From assembly GCA_965199495.1 (NCBI GenBank), contig CBDASK010000003.1, positions 448,001 to 512,000 on the forward strand: a DNA stretch of 64,000 nt. Reading direction: 5' to 3'. The stretch comes from Abditibacterium sp. (lineage in GTDB: Bacteria > Armatimonadota > Abditibacteriia > Abditibacteriales > Abditibacteriaceae). Under the pieces are notes generated by a model, which was not told the origin of the DNA, searched no databases, and saw only the letters and a list, made by a program, of their open reading frames with translations. Position 1 is the first letter of the stretch. Every line of letters begins with the position of its first letter. The translations under genes and the position numbers were made by a program. This document shows positions 30,146-39,885 of the stretch, piece after piece.

Positions 30146-32287
30146 TTAATCTTCGTCCGCGAGTTCTCCTTTCATGGCCTGCGACTTGACCACGAACGCG
30201 CCTTGGGTCACGATCTTTTCGCCGGGCCGCAGCCCGTTTTGGATCGCGGTCTGGCCGTTTACGCTCGCGCCGACCTTCACCGGACGCGCCTCAAATTCAT
30301 GGGCTTTGCCGGTCGCCACGAACACGACGGTTTTGTCGTTCATCGTCTGCACCGCGTCCGAGGGCACGCTCACGCCGAGTTTTCCGGCGGGCGTGGCAAT
30401 CTGGCCGCGCGCGAACATTCCGGGCCGCAGATCGCCGGGATTATCGAGGAGGGCGCGCGCGGTCAGGGTGCGCGTTTCCGCGTCGAGTTGCGCCCCGATA
30501 AACGAAATGCGCCCCCGAAAAGTGCGACCGGGAAACGCGTCCACGTTCGCCGTGACCGGCGCGCCGACGCGAATGCGCGCCACGTCTTTCTCGTAAATCG
30601 CCGCTTCGATGGCGACGTTTGCCAGACTCACCAGCGTCATCAACTGCTTGTCGGCCTCGATGGTCTCGCCCTGCGCCACGTCGCGGCTTTGCACCACACC
30701 GGCAATCGGCGCGCGAATCGGCACCGAGGCGGTGCCATTGGGCGAACTTTTGAGCAGCGACAGCGCGCTGCGCGCCGCCGTGAGATCGGCCTGCGCGCCG
30801 TTATAGGCGCTTTGCGCCGCCTGAACCTGGGCGATGTTGTTGAGGTTCTGTCCTTGAATCCGCCTTTCGCGTTCGTAGGCGGCATTGGCGACTTCGAGCG
30901 TTTGGCGCGCTTTGTTCGAAGCGGTGCGCGCGTTTTCCAAGGCGCTCTGCGCGCCCGAAACTTCGCGGCGGTTGGCGATGTTTTGCCCGACGGTCGCGCG
31001 TTCACGCGCCAGAGCGATGCCCGCCAAGCGCACGCTTTCGCGCGCGCGCCTGAGTTCGGCCTCGCGCGTGGCTGCATCGGCGCGCGCACTCGCCAGGGCG
31101 CTTTGGGCCGCGCCGACTTCGGCGGTTCCCGCGACGTTAGAAGACGCTAATTTCTGTTGCCTTTGCAGCTCCTGTTGCGCGGTGTTCTCGTCGGCCTGCG
31201 CGGTTTGCAGACGCGCGGTCGCGGTGTCGAAGGCTTGCTGGGCCGCTTCCAAATCGCGCTGCGAAACCAGACCTTCGGCGGCCAATGATTTGGCGCGCGC
31301 GAGATTGGCGCGCGTGGTGGCGACTTCGCTCCCAGCCGCCGCGCGCGCCGACTGTGCCGCGACCAGAGCGCGCCCCGCTTCCTGCACCGGGCGCGCGACG
31401 TAAGCGCCGCCCGCCGCCAGTTGGCGACGGCGTTCGAGTTCTTGCGCCGCGCTTTGCGCGCTCGCGCGGGCGTTGGCCAAAGCGGCCTCGGCGCTACGCT
31501 GGGCTTCAGATGCGGCGGCGGATTGGGCGCGGGCCGCTTCGAGTGCGGGATTGGCGAAACTGCCCAGCTTGGCCTGTCTTTGCACGTTGTCCAAAGTAAC
31601 GCTCGCCTGACGCACGGCGGTTTCTTGCGCGCGCACATCGGCCTGAGCTTCGACCTGAGCGCGTCGCGCCGCTTCGACCGGCGCGCGCGAAAACACGCCC
31701 GCGCGCGCCTGTTTGTTGACGACGCTTAAATTCGATTGCGCGTTGTTGAAGCGCGCCAGGGCTTGAGCGTAAGCCGACTGCGCCTCGCCGATGGCGCGGC
31801 TTTCCACGATGGCCAAAACCTGACCTTGCGTCACGCGGTCGCCCTGCGAGACATTGAGGCGCGTCACGCGCCCCGGCACGAGGGAAGCCACGCGCGCCAC
31901 GCCATTGGGATCGGGCGCGATTTGGCCGTTGAACGGCACGCCGCCCGTCAGTTGCGAGACCGCAACCGGACTGATTTTCAGCCCGGCCAGACGCGCCGAT
32001 TTTTCATCGAACTGCACGGTCTGAACGCCGCCTTCGGCGCCCGCTTCAGCGTCGGTTTCGGCGGGCGCGGCTTCGACCGCAACGCTGGCAGTTTCGGGCG
32101 GCGCGACTGGCGGCGCCGTGCGGCGACCGAGCAGAAAAGCGACGAGACCCAGCGCCAGCGCGCCAATAACGAGCGGAGCAACCGCGTTTTTGGAGCGCGG
32201 CGCGGGTTTTTCGGCGATTGAAATTTCGGAAGTGGAATCCGCCTGGGTTTGCGGATCGAGCGGAGTGGGATTGTGGGTGGAACTCAT
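30146..32287 (-). CDS. czcB: CzcB-like periplasmic adaptor with a very long alpha-hairpin
   Basis: TM anchor, lipoyl halves, LRPGMF; close paralog of the adaptor at 11161. Confidence 0.9.
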   Translation of the reverse strand: MSSTHNPTPLDPQTQADSTSEISIAEKPAPRSKNAVAPLVIGALALGLVAFLLGRRTAPPVAPPETASVAVEAAPAETDAEAGAEGGVQTVQFDEKSARLAGLKISPVAVSQLTGGVPFNGQIAPDPNGVARVASLVPGRVTRLNVSQGDRVTQGQVLAIVESRAIGEAQSAYAQALARFNNAQSNLSVVNKQARAGVFSRAPVEAARRAQVEAQADVRAQETAVRQASVTLDNVQRQAKLGSFANPALEAARAQSAAASEAQRSAEAALANARASAQSAAQELERRRQLAAGGAYVARPVQEAGRALVAAQSARAAAGSEVATTRANLARAKSLAAEGLVSQRDLEAAQQAFDTATARLQTAQADENTAQQELQRQQKLASSNVAGTAEVGAAQSALASARADAATREAELRRARESVRLAGIALARERATVGQNIANRREVSGAQSALENARTASNKARQTLEVANAAYERERRIQGQNLNNIAQVQAAQSAYNGAQADLTAARSALSLLKSSPNGTASVPIRAPIAGVVQSRDVAQGETIEADKQLMTLVSLANVAIEAAIYEKDVARIRVGAPVTANVDAFPGRTFRGRISFIGAQLDAETRTLTARALLDNPGDLRPGMFARGQIATPAGKLGVSVPSDAVQTMNDKTVVFVATGKAHEFEARPVKVGASVNGQTAIQNGLRPGEKIVTQGAFVVKSQAMKGELADED

Positions 32288-33855
32288 TGATTTTCGCCTC
32301 CCAGGGGAGCGCCGGGTAGCGTGTTGGTGGGCGGAGCGCCCGTCGGATCAAGGGGCGCGACGACGTTGGGCGGGATGGTGTTTTGGGGCACGGTGCCGGG
32401 CACAGCCACGCCGGGCGGCGCGTTCAAACCGTCGGGATTGTTGAGCGGGTCGAGCGCGCCGGTGTAAGTGGCGCCCAGCGCGCTTTCGAGCGCGGCCTCG
32501 CCGCTGCGAACGCCGACCAAGGCTTGCAGATATTCGGTTTGGATTTGGCGGGCGGCGCGTTGCGCTTCCAAAACTTCGAGGTAAGTCGAGGCGCCTTGGG
32601 CGTAGCCGAGTTGCGTTTTTCGCAGCAAGTCGAGCGTCTGGGGCACCAGCGATTCACGGTAGCGCGCCACCAGAGCACGATTTTGCTGGAGCGTCACCAG
32701 CGCGCTTTCGACCTGCGCGGCGACCTGCGAGCGCAACAGTTCGACCTGCTTTTCCTGCGCCTGCGCTTCAAACTCGGCGGCGCGCTGCTGGTTTTTGATG
32801 TTGCCCAGATCGAAGAGCGGCACGGTCAACACGGCGCGTAGCGAGGTCGAAGCGGAATCGAAAACGCCGCCGCGCCGCGCCTGAATTTCGAGTTGCGGGC
32901 GCCGCGTGCGCGCAATCGCCGTCACCTGAGCGCGCGCCGCTTCGAGCGAGGCTTGGGCCGACAAAACGTCGGGCCGCTGCAACGCGCCCGGCAACAAAGC
33001 CGCGCGCGAGGCGACCAAATCGGAGCCGATCTGCGACGACGCCGGAACGATTTGACTGGGCGATAAAGGCTGAATCGTCGGCGCCGTTGGTGAAAGCGGC
33101 GGCGCGGCATCGAGCGCAACGGCGGGCACGCCGGTGTTTGGCGCGGCGGACGAAAAGACGCCAAAAGCGCCACTTTCGGGTAGCGCCACGCGTAGGGGAG
33201 CTTCAGGCGCCTGTCCGATGAGTTGATTGAGCAACGCGCGCCGCGACAGACGCGCGGCGCGGGCGCGGTCGAGTTCAATGGCGGCGCGGTCGAATTCGAG
33301 TTGCGCGCGCTGGGTTTGCACCGGCGGCACATCGCCCAATTCGGCGCGGCGCGCGGCGGCATCGCGGAACTGCCCGGCGATGTCGAGTTGGGTTTGGCCC
33401 AGCGACTCGGCTTCCTGGGCGGCGAACAGATCGGCAGCGGCGTTTTTCACGCTCACGATGAGCGAACGCGTCGCCAGATCGCGCTCGGCCTCGGCACGGC
33501 GCACCTGCGCGTCGAAGATACGGCGCCCCGCGCGGCGCTGGCCGAACAGGTCTATCGGCTGCGAGAGAATGATCTCTTCGTCGCGCGAGTTGGCGTTACC
33601 AAAAACGCCGGGCACGATTTGAAGCGTCGGGCCGAGCGAAGCGCGCGCGGACTGGGCGCGGGCGCGCGCCGCCTCATAGTTGGCGGCGGCGATTTGCGGT
33701 TGCGGGTTGAGTTGCAGGGCGCGCGCGATCAGATCGTCAAGCGCAACTGCGGGTTCGGAAGGAATGGAATTGGCGGGAACGGCGGAAGCGACATCTTGCG
33801 CTCCGGCGGGCGCGGCTGCGACTAAAAGCAGCGCGATGAAAATGCGAGGGTTCAA
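32284..33855 (-). CDS. czcC: TolC/CzcC-family outer membrane factor, operon 2
   Basis: ALQLNPQ, GYAQGASTYLEVLEAQR. TTG start with AGGAG 8 nt upstream. Confidence 0.88.
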   Translation of the reverse strand: MNPRIFIALLLVAAAPAGAQDVASAVPANSIPSEPAVALDDLIARALQLNPQPQIAAANYEAARARAQSARASLGPTLQIVPGVFGNANSRDEEIILSQPIDLFGQRRAGRRIFDAQVRRAEAERDLATRSLIVSVKNAAADLFAAQEAESLGQTQLDIAGQFRDAAARRAELGDVPPVQTQRAQLEFDRAAIELDRARAARLSRRALLNQLIGQAPEAPLRVALPESGAFGVFSSAAPNTGVPAVALDAAPPLSPTAPTIQPLSPSQIVPASSQIGSDLVASRAALLPGALQRPDVLSAQASLEAARAQVTAIARTRRPQLEIQARRGGVFDSASTSLRAVLTVPLFDLGNIKNQQRAAEFEAQAQEKQVELLRSQVAAQVESALVTLQQNRALVARYRESLVPQTLDLLRKTQLGYAQGASTYLEVLEAQRAARQIQTEYLQALVGVRSGEAALESALGATYTGALDPLNNPDGLNAPPGVAVPGTVPQNTIPPNVVAPLDPTGAPPTNTLPGAPLGGENQ

Positions 33856-33859
33856 AAAA

Positions 33860-33899
33860 GGTTCTCCTGAGTTCGATGGGCGATCAAATCAGGGTAACC
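33860..33899 (-). promoter_or_regulatory. SD-sequestering hairpin starting at the last RAPP codon
   Basis: mRNA GGUUACCCUGAUUUGAU-cgccc-AUCGAACUCAGGAGAACC: 15 bp, enclosing the AGGAG of czcC. Confidence 0.8.
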
Positions 33900-34360
33900 G
33901 GCGGCGCGCGGTGCGGCAAAGAGGCGCGCACCAAACGGCCCACGAGCGGCGGCACGCTCACTGGCCCGTCACGCCCAAAGACCGCCGCGCGCTGCCACAG
34001 CGCGACCACAACTGATGCAGCCACAGCCACGACCCGGACCAGAGCGATCCAAAGCAACGCGGGCGCCACCACGAGCGGCGCAAACGCGCAGGGAAGGTTC
34101 ATGTTTTCGTCCACGCTCGCGCAAACGTCGGTGTCGGTGATGCCGGTGATCGAATGCGTAACGACCATCGCAACCGTCGCAATCGCGCGCGTGGCGGCGC
34201 TAAGCGCAGCGCCGGGCATGATGTCCGTCTGGCAATCGGAGCCAGCCAAGCCGCACCAGAACGTGTGAGTCGCCAGCAAAAACACCAGCCACAGCGCCAC
34301 GCCCGACGTTTGGAAAGAAACGGGGCGCGCCGGTTGGTAGGGTTGGCGGGTGCGACTCAT
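33884..34360 (-). CDS. RAPP leader peptide 2 (two hydrophobic segments, Cys/His)
   Basis: Ends RDGP...RASLPHRAPPVTLI*; first gene of operon 2. Confidence 0.7.
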   Translation of the reverse strand: MSRTRQPYQPARPVSFQTSGVALWLVFLLATHTFWCGLAGSDCQTDIMPGAALSAATRAIATVAMVVTHSITGITDTDVCASVDENMNLPCAFAPLVVAPALLWIALVRVVAVAASVVVALWQRAAVFGRDGPVSVPPLVGRLVRASLPHRAPPVTLI

Positions 34361-34393
34361 TAAGCTGCGTCTACGATTACATCGCGTGGACGG

Positions 34394-34410
34394 ATACAGT
34401 CAATCAGTAT
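34394..34410. promoter_or_regulatory. ATAC-N9-GTAT box, AT-rich core variant
   Basis: ATACAGTCAATCAGTAT 33 nt upstream of leader 2. Confidence 0.45.
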
Positions 34411-34671
34411 AATCACAGCGGGAGCGAAGGCCAGTTTTTAAAATCAAATAACAGTCGTTTTGGCGTTTAATTTAGGGAACTCCCCTTGCTGCGGCTCAAG
34501 TTGAGAGCTTTAACTATCGCGTTTTCTGGCGCGCTACCAACCAACGCCGTTGGCAGCAGCCCAACTCATTTATAAAAAGTTTCCACCCAAACTCCGCTTG
34601 CGAGTCCAACTCAGTTTTGGCAAAATATCATCTGTTCACCAAATCCGAGTGGTTTCGTAGGAATTGACGCA

Positions 34672-35646
34672 ATGACAACTTTTCGTTCTCCCCTCCGCCT
34701 GGCGCTGTTAGCTGTAGCGGCTCTTTCTGTTATCGGCGTAATCATCTGGCAAGCGGTCGCGGCTTACGGCGTGCCCGACCCGACGGCGGGCGATCTCAGC
34801 CCGACCGCCGTCGTTTTGAGCAGTGGCGTTCTGGTGTTTCGGGAAGGTCTGGAAGCCATTTTGGTGTTGGCGGCGGTCACGGCGGGCATGACGCGCACTC
34901 GCAGCGGTTACGGGCGCGCGGTGGCTTTTGGCGCGGGCTTGGCATTGGTGGCGACGGCAGTAACTTGGGTTTTGATGGTGGCTTCGCTCGCGGCGATTGA
35001 CGCGCCCGCGCTCGACATTCAGGCGGCGACCGGCTTGCTGGCGATTGTGGTTTTGTTGGTGATTATGAACTGGTTTTTCCACAAAGTCTATTGGACGGGC
35101 TGGATTTCTCATCATAACAAGCGCCGCCGCCGCTTGCTCGAAGACGCCGACCAAACCGGCTCAACCGCGTTTTGGGGTTTGGCTCTGATCGGCTTCACCG
35201 CGATTTACCGCGAGGGTTTTGAAATCGTGCTATTTTTGCAAAATCTGCGCTTGCGCGCCGGAAGCGAAATCGTGTTGACCGGCGCCGCTGTCGGTCTAAT
35301 CCTCACCGCGATGATCGGTGTTTTGACCTTTGTGGCGCACCGCCATTTGCCCTATAAAAAGATGCTGATTCTGACCGGCGCTCTGTTAGTGGGCGTGCTG
35401 ATCGTGATGGTGGGCGAGCAAGTTCAGGAAATGCAGCAAGCCGGTTGGCTGGCGGCAACCGGCTTGCCGTTGGCGTTGCCCGCTTGGTGGGGCACATGGT
35501 TCGCCATCTTTCCCAACGTGCAAGGCTTGTTCGCGCAGGGATTAGCGGCTACGCTTGTTTTCGGCTCGTATTTTTCGGCTCAGTATCTGCGCGTCTGGCG
35601 TCCGATCCGAGAAGCCAAAATCGCGCGCGAAAAAACCTATGCTTAA
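34672..35646 (+). CDS. FTR1/EfeU-family iron/lead permease
   Basis: Two REGxE motifs (FREGLE, YREGFE). Confidence 0.9.
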   Translation: MTTFRSPLRLALLAVAALSVIGVIIWQAVAAYGVPDPTAGDLSPTAVVLSSGVLVFREGLEAILVLAAVTAGMTRTRSGYGRAVAFGAGLALVATAVTWVLMVASLAAIDAPALDIQAATGLLAIVVLLVIMNWFFHKVYWTGWISHHNKRRRRLLEDADQTGSTAFWGLALIGFTAIYREGFEIVLFLQNLRLRAGSEIVLTGAAVGLILTAMIGVLTFVAHRHLPYKKMLILTGALLVGVLIVMVGEQVQEMQQAGWLAATGLPLALPAWWGTWFAIFPNVQGLFAQGLAATLVFGSYFSAQYLRVWRPIREAKIAREKTYA

Positions 35647-35893
35647 CCTATGGTCTGGTTCCCTAAAGTGGAAATGGTTGCGACTGGCGGCAGTGGCGCT
35701 ACCCGCGTCGCTGTTGCCGTGGAGTTGCAGCGACGAACAACCCAAGCTGATGCCGCCGCTCGTGGCTGCACGTCCGGCGTCTTCAGGACTTAAAGATGAA
35801 CCAACAATCAAAATGGCCCGCCAGCAATCGCGCAGCGTTAATCAAACGCGGGCGCAAACTCGAATACTTCACCATTGGCTACAACTGTCTTGA
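35639..35893 (+). CDS. Small LPWSC-motif protein, possibly frameshifted or degenerate
   Basis: RLAAVALPASLLPWSCSDEQPKLMPPLVAA; overlaps the FTR1 stop and runs 98 nt into the next gene. Confidence 0.5.
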   Translation: MLNLWSGSLKWKWLRLAAVALPASLLPWSCSDEQPKLMPPLVAARPASSGLKDEPTIKMARQQSRSVNQTRAQTRILHHWLQLS

Positions 35894-36425
35894 GGGTTTG
35901 GTTGCGGTCGGCGCGGGTTTGCTGGCGGGTAGCGTGGCGCTGTTGGGTTTCGGCGTGGATTCGTTCATCGAATCTTTGTCGGGCGGCGTTTTGTTGTGGC
36001 GATTGCATGACAGCGCCCAAGGCGAAGCGCGCGAAGCGTTGGCGCTGCGTCTGGTCGGTGTCAGCCTTTTGGTTTTGGCGGCCTACGTCGCCTTTGATGC
36101 CGGTCAATCGCTGTGGAGACGCGAGGAACCGCACGCGAGTTACTGGGGCATCGGGATTACTATTCTGTCGCTGTTCGTAATGCCGGTTTTGGCGCGCGCC
36201 AAACGTCGGGTCGGAGTGGAGTTGGACAGTCGCGCGCTGCAAGCCGATGCGCGACAAACCGATATTTGCGTCTATTTGTCTTATATTTTGCTGGCCGGAC
36301 TGGGACTGAACGCGCTCTTTGGCTGGTGGTGGGCCGATCCGGTCGCGGCTTTGGCGATGGTGCCGATTATCGCCAAAGAAGGTTTCGAGGCATTGCGTGG
36401 TGAAACGTGCGATTGCGGCGAATAA
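35796..36425 (+). CDS. CDF-like cation transporter (TM domain only)
   Basis: GSVALLGFGVDSFIE, ADARQT, GWWWADPV, C-terminal CDC. Confidence 0.82.
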   Translation: MNQQSKWPASNRAALIKRGRKLEYFTIGYNCLEGLVAVGAGLLAGSVALLGFGVDSFIESLSGGVLLWRLHDSAQGEAREALALRLVGVSLLVLAAYVAFDAGQSLWRREEPHASYWGIGITILSLFVMPVLARAKRRVGVELDSRALQADARQTDICVYLSYILLAGLGLNALFGWWWADPVAALAMVPIIAKEGFEALRGETCDCGE

Positions 36426-36447
36426 CAGTTCGGACGAGTTCCTCCGC

Positions 36448-36478
36448 AAAAATGCCCGCGAAATTCGCGGGCATTTTT
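36448..36478. terminator. Palindromic bidirectional terminator
   Basis: AAAAATGCCCGCGAA-A-TTCGCGGGCATTTTT. Confidence 0.8.
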
Positions 36479-36484
36479 GACTTC

Positions 36485-36695
36485 TCACGTTGTTTCAATT
36501 GGACAATGCCGCGCGCAAAATTCTCGCTCGATGTGGTTCTTGATCTGATCCCGAATGATGAGCGTGGCCGCTAACTTCTCTTCGCGCGTGCCGCCCAATG
36601 CGGATGGATCGGCAAAGCCCCAATGCAAACGCTCGGTTGGGCCGGGAAAAACCGGACAACGCTCGGCGCTGGTCTCGTCGCAAACCGTTACTACA
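36485..36695 (-). pseudogene. arsC: 3' fragment of an arsenate reductase
   Basis: TVCDETSAERCPVFPGPTERLHWGFADPS; the P-loop half is missing. Confidence 0.85.
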
Positions 36696-36770
36696 TTACG
36701 GGCATTTAATCTCGGCGCATAATCGTAGAAATGATTTCGGCGAGGGCGCCCCAAGCCGAACGGCATCCTC

Positions 36771-37379
36771 CTATATCTCGGTCGCCGTGTAGCCGGTGTT
36801 CTCAATTACGGCACGCAGTTTCGGCACGCCGACCCGCGCCGCATCATAGCGCACGACGGCACGTTTGGTTTTGAAATCCACCTCAGCATCATGGACACCG
36901 GGCGTTTTCTTGAGTGCATCGGCGATTTGCAAGCTGCACTCGGCACACGTCATTTTGCCGATAGAAAACACGGCTGTCTTAGTCGCTGTGGATACCGTGA
37001 TAGGCTGAACCGTCGAAGCAGAAGCGGCTTTGACTTCGGCGCGATAGGCGGCAAATTGCGGATAAGCCATCGCGCTAATGGTGAACAAAGTGATGCCCCA
37101 AAGCAAGGCTTTGTTGAAACGCTTGATACTCTCGGTTTTGTCAGTGGCGCAACTGCCGGATTCGCAAGCCTCAGCTTGGGTGGGACGATAAGTGAAGTAA
37201 AAAGCAGTGCCTAAGAGAAGCACGGTCAGCCCGATAAAGTAGGGGCGGTAGGGTGCCAGGGCCGCACTAAAGCCAAGCGTCCCCGCGCTGGCCGCACCCA
37301 AAAGGGCGGGCAAAATGCAGCACGACGAAGCCGCAACAGCGGCAAGGGCAGCACCAATTAAAGTGGGGGTTTGTTTCAT
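36771..37379 (-). CDS. MerT-MerP-like fused mercury transporter
   Basis: ASSCCILP, CESGSC loop, HMA domain MTCAEC. Confidence 0.88.
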   Translation of the reverse strand: MKQTPTLIGAALAAVAASSCCILPALLGAASAGTLGFSAALAPYRPYFIGLTVLLLGTAFYFTYRPTQAEACESGSCATDKTESIKRFNKALLWGITLFTISAMAYPQFAAYRAEVKAASASTVQPITVSTATKTAVFSIGKMTCAECSLQIADALKKTPGVHDAEVDFKTKRAVVRYDAARVGVPKLRAVIENTGYTATEI

Positions 37380-37391
37380 CGAAAGTTCTCC

Positions 37392-38846
37392 TTACTCAGC
37401 GCAACAGGAAAGTTTCGCCGGGTCTTTGTAACGCGAGATCGCCGCGATTTTAAGCGCCTCGGCCATTGTCGGGTAAACGTGGAGAAGGTCTATAAAGTCG
37501 TGCAATTTCGCACGGAAGCGGAGCGCCATTGCCGCCTCGTGAATCACTTCGCCCGCGCTGTTTCCCACCATTGAGACGCCTAATACTTCGTCTGTGTCGG
37601 CATCGGCCACCATCTTAATCATGCCTTTGGTGTCTAAAATTGCTCCTGCACGCGGCACTAACGACATGGGAACCGCATTACACCAGCAACGATGTCCGGC
37701 TTCAAGGGCTTCTTCTTCGGTCATGCCAACAACGGCAATTTGAGGATAGGTAAAGATGGTGCGGGGAATGACGCGGTGGTTCACCGGGCGCGGCTCTTCA
37801 CAGCACGCTAAAGCATTGTGCGCGGCTTTCCCCCCGTCCTGGCTTCCGACAGGGGTTGCCATCTGGCTGCCGGTTTCCCGTCCGATAACATCCCCGGCGG
37901 CAAATATATGGGGGACATTGGTTTGTAGAAGTTCGTTCACCTGGATTTGTCCCTGCTTACCAACGGTCACACCCGATTTTTCAAGGGCGATGTGGTCGGT
38001 ATTGGGACGGCGCCCGGTCGTGATCAAAAGCTTTTCAGCGCGGATTTCCTGCGTTTCATCTCCGACTTGCACGGTGGCAACGACTTCGTTTTCATCCCCG
38101 CGAACGGAGCGCATCGTGGCGCGGGTCACAACACGAATGCCTTCCGCTTCAAGCACCAGCTGGATGGCTTGTCCCACTTCTGGCTCGTAGCCGTTCGCTA
38201 AAAGCTGCTCGTTGCGGTCAAGTATCGTCACTTCGGCCCCAAAGCGGGAAAACATCTGCCCCAACTCCAAAGCGATATAGCCGCCGCCTAAAATGAGTAA
38301 AGAGCGGGGGCACTCGGTCAGCTCCATCACTTCGCCGTTGGTGAGTAGATCACTGGTTAGATAGGGCACGTCTTCTAAGCCTTCAATGCTCGGAATCACC
38401 GGGCGGGAGCCGGTAGCGATTAACACTTTATCGCCGGTCAATTGCTTGCCGCCGACCTCAACAGTGTGAGGATCAACGAATTGAACATGGCCTTCTTCAA
38501 TGTGGAACTGCCCGCCTACCAAGCTCTCATATTTTTTATTGCGGTAGCCATGAATCACTTCATCTTTTTGGGCAATGAGTTCGCGGAAATTTAGACCCAG
38601 CTCCACGCCAGTTAAACCAGAGTAGCGGGGAAAACGGGCATCGTGCAGGAGCTTCGCCGCTTCAATGAGATTCTTTGAGGGCAAACAGCCCCGGTTTACA
38701 CAAGTGCCGCCAATGGTGCGCTCTTCGGTCATGACTGATGTTTTGCCAAGCTCCTGGGCGCGCAGTGCTGCGGCAAAAGCGGTCGAGCCTGAGCCGAGAA
38801 TGAGAAGGTCGAAGTGGTTTTCGCTTTGCGTTGTGGTCTGCATCAT
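37392..38846 (-). CDS. merA: Mercuric reductase lacking the NmerA domain
   Basis: [26 protein letters not shown]-terminal LSCCAE. Confidence 0.93.
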   Translation of the reverse strand: MMQTTTQSENHFDLLILGSGSTAFAAALRAQELGKTSVMTEERTIGGTCVNRGCLPSKNLIEAAKLLHDARFPRYSGLTGVELGLNFRELIAQKDEVIHGYRNKKYESLVGGQFHIEEGHVQFVDPHTVEVGGKQLTGDKVLIATGSRPVIPSIEGLEDVPYLTSDLLTNGEVMELTECPRSLLILGGGYIALELGQMFSRFGAEVTILDRNEQLLANGYEPEVGQAIQLVLEAEGIRVVTRATMRSVRGDENEVVATVQVGDETQEIRAEKLLITTGRRPNTDHIALEKSGVTVGKQGQIQVNELLQTNVPHIFAAGDVIGRETGSQMATPVGSQDGGKAAHNALACCEEPRPVNHRVIPRTIFTYPQIAVVGMTEEEALEAGHRCWCNAVPMSLVPRAGAILDTKGMIKMVADADTDEVLGVSMVGNSAGEVIHEAAMALRFRAKLHDFIDLLHVYPTMAEALKIAAISRYKDPAKLSCCAE

Positions 38847-38848
38847 GG

Positions 38849-39244
38849 TTAGTTCTCCTGGGCTTGATTGATGGTCTCGAAAAGCAGGGGCAGTGTCCCA
38901 TCCAAATGTTCGTCGCGCAGATAGTAGCAGGCAAATTTGCCCTCCTTGCGAATTTTGAGCAAGCCGGAAGCGGTCAGGATTTTAAGATGATGTGACACGG
39001 CAGGCATGGACACGTCCAGCAACTTTGCCAACTCGCACACGCAGAGCGGCTCGATGGTGAGAGCATAAAGAATACGGGCGCGCATCGGGTCAGCCATTGC
39101 TTTGAGCAAAATCCCGGCGCGGTCGAAGGAATCATCGGGCGGCATTTGCTTGGCGACTCGGCGCACGCGGGTTGGGTCGTCGTTGTAGGCATCGCAAGTG
39201 AGGTCTTCAAGATTTCGCGGCTTGCGTTCTAAAGTTGCTGGCAT
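38849..39244 (-). CDS. ArsR/SmtB-family repressor heading the mer operon
   Basis: [23 protein letters not shown]. Confidence 0.88.
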   Translation of the reverse strand: MPATLERKPRNLEDLTCDAYNDDPTRVRRVAKQMPPDDSFDRAGILLKAMADPMRARILYALTIEPLCVCELAKLLDVSMPAVSHHLKILTASGLLKIRKEGKFACYYLRDEHLDGTLPLLFETINQAQEN

Positions 39245-39259
39245 GGTGGTAACACCTGA

Positions 39260-39283
39260 ACGATTCAACGATTGTTTAATCGT
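39260..39283. promoter_or_regulatory. Imperfect palindrome, putative ArsR/SmtB operator
   Basis: ACGATTCAACGA/TTGTTTAATCGT, 10 of 12 pairs, overlapping a minus-strand TTGACG. Confidence 0.65.
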
Positions 39284-39417
39284 CAAAGTTCCCAAGAAAT
39301 CTTTTGCCCGTAAACTTTCTTCGCCTTGCCTCCTGAAACGTATCGCGCAGCGACCTAACGGCCAAGCTTGGTCGTTAGATCAGTGTTGGTCAGGTTGGTG
39401 TGCCTGACCATGCCGTT

Positions 39418-39861
39418 TCAGACAGCTTTGGCGAGACAATTTGAAACGCAGAACTTCTCAATTTCGGCTTCAATCAAGTCTCGCACTTGGCGCGTTTGCT
39501 CCAACTTCTCTTCGCGCGTGCCGCCCAATGCCGACGGATCGGCGAAGCCCCAATGCAAACGCTCGGTTGGGCCAGGAAAAACCGGACAACGCTCGGCGCT
39601 GGTCTCGTCACAAACTGTTATCGCATAGGCGAACTCTTGCCCACTGGCGATTACGTCGGCGACCGCGCGTGGCTGATGCGCCGAGACATCAATCCCGATT
39701 TCGGCCATCGCTTCGACGACCAACGGGTTGAGCGTGCCCGGCTCGATTCCGGCGCTCTGAGCTTGGTATTTGTCGCCACACAAGCGGTTGACGAACGCTT
39801 CGGCCATCACCGAACGCGCCGAATTGTGGATGCAAACGAACAGAATTTTGTTTGAGGTCAT
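39418..39861 (-). CDS. arsC: Thioredoxin-coupled arsenate reductase (LMW-PTP fold)
   Basis: CIHNSARS P-loop; TVCD...RCP; DP. Confidence 0.92.
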   Translation of the reverse strand: MTSNKILFVCIHNSARSVMAEAFVNRLCGDKYQAQSAGIEPGTLNPLVVEAMAEIGIDVSAHQPRAVADVIASGQEFAYAITVCDETSAERCPVFPGPTERLHWGFADPSALGGTREEKLEQTRQVRDLIEAEIEKFCVSNCLAKAV

Positions 39862-39885
39862 GGCATTGCTGCGAGCTGGTGCAGA

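Noticed and set aside
33876..34268. Thr/Ala-rich + strand ORF opposite leader 2
   Set aside because: It is the antisense of a hydrophobic ORF; the minus-strand frame carries the RAPP motif and the operon orientation.
36696..36805. N-terminal part of the 106-aa arsC-like ORF
   Set aside because: No P-loop or ArsC similarity, and it overlaps merTP; treated as junction sequence.
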